From the NCBI GenBank assembly GCA_013151775.1, contig JAADHO010000298.1, positions 2,853 through 66,852 on the forward strand: a stretch of 64,000 bases of DNA, in the 5' to 3' direction. The notes under the pieces were generated by a model. That model saw only the letters and a program-made list of their open reading frames with translations, was not told where the DNA came from and did not search any database. Of this stretch, positions 46,557 through 54,495 are shown piece after piece (the first letter of the stretch is position 1; each line of letters begins with the position of its first letter). Position numbers and translations under genes: made by a program. This DNA comes from Deltaproteobacteria bacterium (lineage in GTDB: Bacteria > Myxococcota_A > Polyangia > Polyangiales > Houyiibacteriaceae).

Positions 46557-49500
46557 TCAGCGCCAAAGTCGCCGGTTGCCCGGCGGTCGTTCGATCTCGG
46601 TGGAACTGGCAGTGAATGACTCGAGCCGCTTGAGCGTGGCCTTGCCCATGTCCTCGTTCTGAGCCGCGAGCAGCTCCAAGCCGCTCAGGTAGGGGCTCTC
46701 GACGATCGCCCGGACGGCCTTGTCGGTGAGGGCGTTGCCACCGAGCAGCAGACGCCTCAAGCTCGCTGAGTTCGGACTCTTAGCGAGCTCGATCACACCT
46801 TTGTCGTCGATCTCGCTGGCGGTGAGATCGAGGGAGGTAAGCTGACTCAGCAGGGGACTCTTGGCGAGCGTGCTGAGATCCCTCGCCGTGTTACTCGCCC
46901 AGCGAAGCGACCTGAGCGAGCTCAGCCCCGTCCCCTCACATAGCGCCGCCAAGGCGTCTGACTCGAGATGATGCCCCGAGAGGTCCAAGGAGATCATCGC
47001 GCCGAGGTGCGGGCTGTTGGCGAGCGTGGCCACTCCGCGAGCCGTGATCGTCTCGCCTCGTCCGTGCCAGATCGCCTCGAGGTGCAGGTATGCGACGCAG
47101 GAGAAGAGCGGATTCTGCGCGATGGCCTCGACCACGCTGTCATCGAGGTGCACCCGGGACAACTCCAACACCAGGTGCTCGAGGCTCGGATTGGGGAGCT
47201 CGCAGATCGCCGAGAAGCGCTCCGCCCGGCGACGGATGATCGCGTGAACGCTCGGCAGCTCGAGCGAGGTCCCGAGGATCGAGAAGGAGCGCAGCGGCTC
47301 CTCCAACAAGGCCTCCAGGCTGGCTGTCTTGTGGTTGGAGAGATCCAAGGAGCGAAGCTTCGTGAGCGACGCGAGGGCTGAGACGTCGGCGGCGTTGTTT
47401 CCTCCGATGTCGAGGGTGACGAGTTCGGTGGCTCGAGCGAGTGGGCCGTCGTCGTGGATGAAGCACCCAGCCAGCGTCAACTCTCTGAGCCGCTTCGCCA
47501 CCGGCTTGTCCATCAGGGCCGTGAGGCCCGCGTCGCCCAGCCCCGTGCCGCTCAGGTCGAGCGACGTGAGCGAATCGAGCTTGGCGCCAGCGAGCACTTC
47601 CGCGCTGTCCGAGAGGGGGGTGTGGGCGAGGCCGAGTGACGTCAGTCGGCTCAGATCGAGGCGGAGCAGCGCTCTGCCGCCGTCGTCGGACAGGCTCTTG
47701 GCCAGCTCGAGGGACGTGAGCCGCTCCAGCAAGGGCCCGGCCTCCTGAACACCGTCGAGCCCCCCGTTGTCCGACAGGTCCAGCCTGCGAAGAGCCTGCA
47801 GATGCGGACTGGCGACCAGCGCGGCCAGCCCCTCGGCTTTCACGCCATTTCGATGCAGGCCGAGCTCGAGCAAGCCCGACACGCGGGCGCTCTGGGCGAG
47901 GGTCGCCACGCCCGCGGAGTCGAGAGCGTTGAACCTGAGATCGAGCGTCGTCAGCTGGCCGACCAGAGGTCCGCTCAGCAGCGCGTCGACCTCGGCGGAC
48001 TCGATCGATTGCCAGGCCAGATCGAGGGAGGTCAGATTCGGCAGCTTCGCCTGGCTGAGGGCCCGCCAGCCGACCTGCGTGATCGGCGTCTTGCCGCCCG
48101 CAAAGTCATAGAATCCTTTGAACCCAACCCCCAAGATGCCAAGGCTCGTGAGCTTCGTCAGGTGCTCGCTCGCCGAGAGCTCGACGAGTCCGTCATCGTC
48201 GAGTCCGTTGCCGGCGATGACGAGTGAGCTGAGCTCCGTGCAGGCGTCCCAGAGGCCCTGGGTGTGGAGCCGCTCGAGGTCGCCGTCGAAGATCGCCGAA
48301 CGCACCAGACGCCACGCAGGACGTTCGATGATCGCCTGGACCTCTTCCGGGCCGACCGCCTCGACCTTCCTCGAAGCGTCGGGCCACTCCGCGAGCTTCT
48401 CTTCGACCTCATCGAGGAGCACGTCTCCGGCGGGGACGTGCTCGAGGACATCCCAGAGCTGTCGAAAGTTCGTGGCAGAGGGTGACGCTGCGAGCTTCGA
48501 GCAGGCCTCTGCGACGTCGTCGCGAACGCTTGTCCAGAGCGCCTCGGCGAGTGGGCCATCCGCGAGCGCGCGGCGGCAGCGCAGGCGCGCAGCCAGCGAG
48601 AGTTTGGTCAGCCCTGCGAGGTCTTGGAGGGCCGGGTTGTCGCCTAGCATCAAGGTCTGCAGCCGCGGGAGCCCATCGAGCGTGGTCAGGGCGTGACATC
48701 CCCTGAGGTCGAGTGAGCTCAGCCTGAGCGCCGCGAGGCCGGAGAGATCCGTGACGGCGCTGCCCCTCAGGCTCAGCCGCGTCAGGCTCGTGAGCCTGGC
48801 GATGTCGTCCGTCCCGGTGAGCGCCGCCCCCTCGAGGGACAGGCGCTGGAGCGCCTTGGGGAGCGTGGAGACATCCTTCAGCGCCTCGCAGCCCGTGAGC
48901 TCGAGCTGATAGAGCTGGGTGAGCTCGCCCAGAGGCGCGAGGTCCGCCAGCTGCGCGCAGTCGTCGAGCCGGATCCGGGCCGGACCGGCCTCGAAATCCC
49001 AAAACCTGCGCCCAAAACGCTCCAGCCGCTCGACCGGGGAGATCCTTCGCTCCACCAGCGGGGTCAGATCCGTGACCGTCTCCGTCCGATGGAGGTCGAT
49101 ATGGGTCAGGGCGAGGTCTCGGAGGGCGTCGAGATCGCCGAGCTCCGTGTCGAGCTTCCGAAGGCCGTCGAGCTTCCCTTGGTGCGAGAGCAGGCGCAGC
49201 GCGACCCAGCTCCGATGGGGCGCCTTCACGGCCTTCGCGAGCGCTTCGCCCACGTCGAGCTTGCCCTGCTCGCTACAGCTCGTGCCCCGCAGCAGCTCGG
49301 AGATCAGCAGTGGCCTCTCGAGCTCGATCAGCTGTTGGCAGCCGCGCTTGACCGCCTCCATGTCGTCGCTCGCCAGGGCGTCGCGGGCGGCGACCCGCGT
49401 GGCGCTCTCGTCTTCCGTCAACGCGGGGGTGTTGTCGAGGAGGGCGCCCATCGACGTCTTTCGGCGCGCGTGTGTGCGGGGCATCTCCTCGCGCGGCAAG

Positions 49501-50948
49501 GAGAGCGCCAGAGGCAGCGAGCGCACACCGGATCGGCTGAGTATCAGCAGGCGATCTCCCTCGGGGTCGATCAAGAAGCGGTCGGAATCTCGCAGCAGGA
49601 AGAGGCCTCCGGGGATCCGCGCGAGGGGTCGCCAGGCTCCTTCCACGACGGCGCAGATCCAGTCGGACTCGACCCCCTCTACGTTCGCGGAGCCGACCGC
49701 GAGGAGTAGATTTCGCGTGGGCTCCCAGGCGAGAAAGAAGGCCTTGAAGGCGGAGTCGTACACCACGCGAACCCACGCCTCGTCCGTCAGCCTCCACAGC
49801 GCCGTGTCGGAGCTGGCGTACAGGCCGGAGGGGGTCGACACCATGGAGCCGAAGCGGCCCGAGGGCCCCTTGCCCGCGAGCTTGCTCCAGGCACCGTCCC
49901 ACACCCACGTTTCCTTCTTGGTGCAGACGAAGACGCGCCCCTCGTGGACCTGCATGGGCCAGCCGAACTCACCGCGGGGCCCGCCCATGTTGCCGTACCG
50001 TTTCGCGTCCGGCGGGCCGCCGTCGGCGACCTTCGACCACTCGGAGTCGGGTTCGGTGCGCCAGAGCGCCCCGTCTTGGGAGAGGGCGAAGAGGCTCTGA
50101 CCGTCGAGGGCGAGGGCTTGGCTGGATCCGGGAAGGTGGCCTGCCCCGAGCCGCTCCGTCCAACCTTCGGCCAGCGTGCGCACCTCGCCCGTGCGGTTGA
50201 AAAGCACCGCCGCGCGTCCGTCGAGGATGCCAGGGGTGATGGAGTCGATGTCGATGAAGAGCGGATCTTGGATGGGAACGAAGTCTTCGCCAGGCTCTCG
50301 CACGAAGGTGACTTGATTCTCGCGGGAGAACCAACGGCCATCCGGATCCGCGGCCAACGTCGGCCTGCCCAGTTGGCTCTGAAATCGGCCCGCCAGCGGC
50401 GGAAGAGAGCCCTCCAAGGGGACCCACGTCTCCCCCTCCAGGACATGGGGCGTGGACCCCGTCGCGATCAGCCGTCGCGTGTCGGCGTCCCAGAAAGCCC
50501 CGGACACCGTGGGGCTGTCGAAGCTCGTCCAGCCGCCCTCCGTGTCGTATGTCAGCGTCAGGTAGGGCTTGTTTCGCCCGCGGCTCAGGCCGATCACGAA
50601 CTTCTTCTGCGCTTCGTCGAAGGACGCGAAGCGCATCGCGAAGTGGTCGCACTCTCGGCGCTCCAACTCTTGCAACGTGCTGGCATCGAACACGAGCAAC
50701 ATCTTGGCCGCGGAGACGAACAACAGCGTGCGACCCATCCCGTGAGCCAAGAGCGGCACCGCCCCTCGCAGCGTCAGCGCGCCTTCGGGACGCCACGCAT
50801 CCGCGTCCCAGCGCCAGGTTTGCACGAGCGAGCAGGACTCGATGTCTGTGCGTGTGGCCAGGAGCATCGTGCCGAGCTCCGGCGAGAAGGAGAGAGCACC
50901 CCCGGAGGGCGGTACGACGACGCAGTGGTCCCAGGAAAAATGAGTCAT
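46557..50948 (-). CDS. 1463-aa cytoplasmic protein: N-terminal beta-propeller-like region, internalin-type LRRs and RNI-type (ribonuclease-inhibitor-like) LRRs
   Basis: ATG at 50948, no signal peptide. The first ~480 aa are rich in W/G strand repeats (ALWRTEPDSEWSKVADGG, TWVWDGAWSKLAGKG, ALWRLTDEAWVRV). The 22-aa LRRs include LTSLTRLSLRGSAVTDLSGLAALRLSSLDLRGC. The 28-aa LRRs include LTSLDLSGTGLGDAGLTALM and LRRLDLSDNGGLDG. Confidence 0.8.
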   Translation of the reverse strand: MTHFSWDHCVVVPPSGGALSFSPELGTMLLATRTDIESCSLVQTWRWDADAWRPEGALTLRGAVPLLAHGMGRTLLFVSAAKMLLVFDASTLQELERRECDHFAMRFASFDEAQKKFVIGLSRGRNKPYLTLTYDTEGGWTSFDSPTVSGAFWDADTRRLIATGSTPHVLEGETWVPLEGSLPPLAGRFQSQLGRPTLAADPDGRWFSRENQVTFVREPGEDFVPIQDPLFIDIDSITPGILDGRAAVLFNRTGEVRTLAEGWTERLGAGHLPGSSQALALDGQSLFALSQDGALWRTEPDSEWSKVADGGPPDAKRYGNMGGPRGEFGWPMQVHEGRVFVCTKKETWVWDGAWSKLAGKGPSGRFGSMVSTPSGLYASSDTALWRLTDEAWVRVVYDSAFKAFFLAWEPTRNLLLAVGSANVEGVESDWICAVVEGAWRPLARIPGGLFLLRDSDRFLIDPEGDRLLILSRSGVRSLPLALSLPREEMPRTHARRKTSMGALLDNTPALTEDESATRVAARDALASDDMEAVKRGCQQLIELERPLLISELLRGTSCSEQGKLDVGEALAKAVKAPHRSWVALRLLSHQGKLDGLRKLDTELGDLDALRDLALTHIDLHRTETVTDLTPLVERRISPVERLERFGRRFWDFEAGPARIRLDDCAQLADLAPLGELTQLYQLELTGCEALKDVSTLPKALQRLSLEGAALTGTDDIARLTSLTRLSLRGSAVTDLSGLAALRLSSLDLRGCHALTTLDGLPRLQTLMLGDNPALQDLAGLTKLSLAARLRCRRALADGPLAEALWTSVRDDVAEACSKLAASPSATNFRQLWDVLEHVPAGDVLLDEVEEKLAEWPDASRKVEAVGPEEVQAIIERPAWRLVRSAIFDGDLERLHTQGLWDACTELSSLVIAGNGLDDDGLVELSASEHLTKLTSLGILGVGFKGFYDFAGGKTPITQVGWRALSQAKLPNLTSLDLAWQSIESAEVDALLSGPLVGQLTTLDLRFNALDSAGVATLAQSARVSGLLELGLHRNGVKAEGLAALVASPHLQALRRLDLSDNGGLDGVQEAGPLLERLTSLELAKSLSDDGGRALLRLDLSRLTSLGLAHTPLSDSAEVLAGAKLDSLTSLDLSGTGLGDAGLTALMDKPVAKRLRELTLAGCFIHDDGPLARATELVTLDIGGNNAADVSALASLTKLRSLDLSNHKTASLEALLEEPLRSFSILGTSLELPSVHAIIRRRAERFSAICELPNPSLEHLVLELSRVHLDDSVVEAIAQNPLFSCVAYLHLEAIWHGRGETITARGVATLANSPHLGAMISLDLSGHHLESDALAALCEGTGLSSLRSLRWASNTARDLSTLAKSPLLSQLTSLDLTASEIDDKGVIELAKSPNSASLRRLLLGGNALTDKAVRAIVESPYLSGLELLAAQNEDMGKATLKRLESFTASSTEIERPPGNRRLWR

Positions 50949-51035
50949 GAGTGCCGAGTCTGTACGTGAGGAGAGCTACGGAATCAAGCGTCCCTCGGGC
51001 GCGCCAAGACGGACTCGAGGGGCGTCGGGGCACGG

Positions 51036-52850
51036 ATGAATCGAAGCGCGAATGCGCTTCGAGACGTTGTCCCCCTGAGCGCGCGCCCCCATACTCCGCG
51101 CGTGATCGGCAAGGACGAGACTTCGGCGCAGACTAGCTGGCGCAAGCGTGGGCCCGATCTGCTCTTCTGGGCGCTCTTCGCCTGTTTGTCGCTGCTGAAC
51201 CTCTGGCCCTTTTGGGTCATGCACTGGCTCGCGGGCACGGACACGGGCGGTCACATCGAGCTGATGGACATCGCCGGGCGCCTGCACGACGCTCACACGG
51301 CCTACGGCGAGACCTACTACCTCAGCAGCTGGATGGCGCCCAACACCCTGGGCGTGCGCCTCTCCCAGGCGCTGCATCCCTGGGTCTCCAGCATGACCTT
51401 GGCGAGGCTGATGCTGAGCTTCTACGTCGTGGGCGTACCCCTCGGCTGTCTGGCCATGGTCCGCGCCTTCGACCGCAGCCGCTGGCTGGTGCTGCTCAGC
51501 TTCCCGCTGGTCTTCAACTTCACCCTGGCCATGGGCTTCTTCAACTACGTGGTGGCGGCTCCGCTGCTGTTCTTCGTGGTGGCGCTGACCCGCCGCTTCG
51601 CCGAGCGTGGGGGCTGGCGGCGGGGCGCTGGCGTGGTCGCGCTGCTGTGGCTGACCTTCTTCACCCACGCCTTGATGTTCATGGTCGCGCTCGGCATGTG
51701 CGCCTTCGTGCTCCTGGTGTCTGCGCGCCCGCGTCGCCGGCTGCTGCAGGGCGTGGGTCTGCTCTCCCTGGGCACGACCTTCTGCGTCGTGTGGCTGGTG
51801 ATGAAGATCGGCTGGCTCGGCTCCGAGGCCGGGCTGATGCACCACGCCACACCGGGCACGACCTGGCCCAACCCCGAACACCTGCTGACGAAGCTCCCGG
51901 GCAGGCTGGTGGATTTCGTACGCGGACCCACGGACGACGCGCTCTTCTTGGGGCTGGTCGCTGTCTGGGCGCTGCTCCTGCGCGCCTCTCCTCCACGCCC
52001 CGAGGACGCCGAGCCGGCGCCCTTGGGCTTTCGCCTGCGTCTCGGGCGCGACGCCCTGCCGTGGATGGCGTTCCTGGTCTGGGTCGCCTTCTTCACGCTG
52101 CCCTCCCACGTGATGGGCATCTCCCTGGTCTCCGAACGCTTCGGCTCCTTGGCGCTGCTGCTCGCGTTACTCACTCCCCGGGTGCGCCTCGACGGCTACT
52201 GGACGCGCGGGCTCTTGGCGGCGGGCGTCGTCCTCTCCATGGCCTGGGTGGGCGTAGTGGACCACGCCCTCATCCACTTCGACGCCTACACGGCGCAGCC
52301 CTTGGCGCGGGAGCTGGGCAAGCTGCCCGAGGGCAGCTCCATCGGTTACGCCTTGGCCAACGACCTGCCCACGCGACTCGCCCAGCCCCAGACGCGCCAC
52401 CTGGTGAAGGAGATCCACACCGTGCTCAACGGCGGCGTCACGGACGACAGCTTCGCCTGGCGCTCCACGTCTCCCGTGCAGTACCGCTCGGGGCGCGCGC
52501 CGCCTCGGCCCTTTGGTCGCTTCTGGACACGCAAGACGCAGTTCCGACGCTACGACTTCATCGTCTACAGTGGCCGCGTCCCGCCGCCGCACAACAGCCT
52601 GCGGGGCTTCGTCCGCGAGCGTTGGCATAGCGGACCGTGGTGGCTCTACGAGGTGCTGCACCCCGAGCCGCCCAGCGCTGTTCGTCGTCCGGCCGACGCT
52701 GGCCATCAGGGTCAGGCCGTGCCGGCGCCAGCGCTCGACTCGCCCGTCCGCGCGCTGCGCTTTCGCCTGGGCCAGAGCCCCACCACCAACATGGCCAACA
52801 GGCCGCAGCCGAGCAGCCACGACGCGGGCACCAGCTCCATGGGGCGGTAG
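51036..52850 (+). CDS. polytopic membrane protein (GT-C/YfhO-like architecture), function unknown
   Basis: ATG at 51036. About 10 TM helices, then a soluble C-terminal domain ending ..HSGPWWLYEVL. The last ~60 codons overlap the convergent gene and look like run-on sequence. Confidence 0.55.
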   Translation: MNRSANALRDVVPLSARPHTPRVIGKDETSAQTSWRKRGPDLLFWALFACLSLLNLWPFWVMHWLAGTDTGGHIELMDIAGRLHDAHTAYGETYYLSSWMAPNTLGVRLSQALHPWVSSMTLARLMLSFYVVGVPLGCLAMVRAFDRSRWLVLLSFPLVFNFTLAMGFFNYVVAAPLLFFVVALTRRFAERGGWRRGAGVVALLWLTFFTHALMFMVALGMCAFVLLVSARPRRRLLQGVGLLSLGTTFCVVWLVMKIGWLGSEAGLMHHATPGTTWPNPEHLLTKLPGRLVDFVRGPTDDALFLGLVAVWALLLRASPPRPEDAEPAPLGFRLRLGRDALPWMAFLVWVAFFTLPSHVMGISLVSERFGSLALLLALLTPRVRLDGYWTRGLLAAGVVLSMAWVGVVDHALIHFDAYTAQPLARELGKLPEGSSIGYALANDLPTRLAQPQTRHLVKEIHTVLNGGVTDDSFAWRSTSPVQYRSGRAPPRPFGRFWTRKTQFRRYDFIVYSGRVPPPHNSLRGFVRERWHSGPWWLYEVLHPEPPSAVRRPADAGHQGQAVPAPALDSPVRALRFRLGQSPTTNMANRPQPSSHDAGTSSMGR

Positions 52851-54445
52851 CGCAGGCGAAGCTCGTGCGAGCCCTCGGGCACGCGGCGCACGCTGAGCAA
52901 CCCGCGCGGTCCGGGCGCGACCTCTCCGATGTTCGTCTGCCAGCCCGGCGCCCAAGTCTGATCGAAGGTGACCTCGCCCGGTCGCCGGAGCTCGACCTGG
53001 GCCGTCAGCGTGGAGCTCGTGAGCTCGCTCGAGCGCACGCGTCCGTGCCGTGCGCGCGCCAGGTTGGGGCCTACCCACAGGCCTCGCGCTGTGTGGTAGC
53101 CCTCCATGCCCGTGTAGCAGCCGGCGTTGCCGAGGTTCTTCGCAGGGAAGCTCTGCCACTCGCCGTAGCGGGAGGCCGGCACGACCCGATAGCTCGCGCT
53201 CTCGTCGATCTCCGGTAGGGGCGCGCCGCGCCAGCGATCGATCTGCGCGGCGTTGCCCACGTAGAGCTGGGCGGCCACCAGCCCGAGGGTCAGCAGCCCG
53301 AGGGGCGTCGCCGTGCGCCTCAGCCAGCCGGGTCGCCGCGCCAGCCCGCGCATGACGCGATCGAGCGCCAGGCCCGCTGCCAGCGCGAGATAGAGCGAGC
53401 CGAGCACGACGAAGCGCGAGGGCACGCGCAGCGAATCCCAGACCGGCAGGTGATGCAGCAGCGTCCAGGGATAGAGCGCGCCGCCGGCCCCGAGGGTGAA
53501 CCCGAGGAAGAGCGCGCAGCCCGCCAAGATGCGTCCGCGATTCGCCGCGTCCCGGCCTCGAGGCACGAAGCAGATCAGCAGGCCCAGCGCCGCCAGGCCA
53601 AAGGCCAGGGCGCCGATGTAGGTGCCGTACTCTCCCCAGACGAAGGTGTGCCCGAAGCGATACTCGTGGCTCGCGTCCACGAACATGGCCAAGAGTTCGC
53701 GTAAGGAGAGGGCGTCGTCTCCCGGCGTGGGCCTGGGGTATTGCTGCATGGTGTGCAGGATGGGCAGCAGCCGAAAGCCTCCGGCGAGCAGCGTCAGGCC
53801 GCCCGACAGAGCGCCCGCGCGCAGCACCCGCCAGATGCGTGTGCGCAGCCGCGCGCCGTCGACCGAGGAGAGCAGGGCGACGCAGGCCTCGAAGACCAGC
53901 AGCAAGACGAAGAGCGGGAAGGGGTAGACGCCGCCCTCGAGCAGGGTGAGCAGCATCAAGCCCGCGAGCAGCGCGCTGGCTCGCCAGCTCAGCAGCGAGG
54001 CGCGGAAGGCGAGCACGATCAGCGGGGCGAGGTAGAAGGGCGCGAAGGCGGCGTGTCCTCCCGACAGGTGCCAGGCGAAGAAGCCCGAGCCCGCCCACAC
54101 CAGGGCGCTCAGGCTCGCCGGGATGCGCTCGAGCCGAAACTCGCGCCGCGCGAGCAGGTAGGCGCCCCCGAAACCTGCGGCGGCGTGCAAGATCACGAAG
54201 AGCTTCAGGCCGACGGTCGTGCCGAAGGGCAAGAGCGCGACATACAGCGGCGAGTAGATCTGCGCCTGGGGATCACCAAAGAGAAAGACTCCGCCACAAT
54301 GCCACGGATCCCATAGGGGAAACTCGCCGTAGCGCAGGAGCGCGACACGCGCGGCTTCCCACTGGTGATGGAAGACGCGCCAATCCCCATATCCAGTCTC
54401 GTGAAGATGCCACAGCGCCGGGCTCCAATAGGCGAAGGCGGCCAC
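52712..54445 (-). CDS. polytopic membrane protein (YfhO/GT-C-like) with C-terminal beta-rich periplasmic domain and terminal TM; start unresolved
   Basis: The sequence reads WRVFHHQWEAARVALLRYGEFPLWDPWHCGGVFLFGDPQAQIYSPLY.. followed by many TM helices. GTG 54445 is the first canonical start after the upstream stop, but it cuts into the first hydrophobic helix (RTRPYWVLGALVAAFAYW). Alternatives are CTG 54499 (CTGA overlap) or ATG 54664. Confidence 0.55.
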   Translation of the reverse strand: MAAFAYWSPALWHLHETGYGDWRVFHHQWEAARVALLRYGEFPLWDPWHCGGVFLFGDPQAQIYSPLYVALLPFGTTVGLKLFVILHAAAGFGGAYLLARREFRLERIPASLSALVWAGSGFFAWHLSGGHAAFAPFYLAPLIVLAFRASLLSWRASALLAGLMLLTLLEGGVYPFPLFVLLLVFEACVALLSSVDGARLRTRIWRVLRAGALSGGLTLLAGGFRLLPILHTMQQYPRPTPGDDALSLRELLAMFVDASHEYRFGHTFVWGEYGTYIGALAFGLAALGLLICFVPRGRDAANRGRILAGCALFLGFTLGAGGALYPWTLLHHLPVWDSLRVPSRFVVLGSLYLALAAGLALDRVMRGLARRPGWLRRTATPLGLLTLGLVAAQLYVGNAAQIDRWRGAPLPEIDESASYRVVPASRYGEWQSFPAKNLGNAGCYTGMEGYHTARGLWVGPNLARARHGRVRSSELTSSTLTAQVELRRPGEVTFDQTWAPGWQTNIGEVAPGPRGLLSVRRVPEGSHELRLRYRPMELVPASWLLGCGLLAMLVVGLWPRRKRSARTGESSAGAGTA

Positions 54446-54495
54446 CAGCGCCCCCAGGACCCAGTACGGACGCGTCCGGCTCTTGCCCGGCGGAT

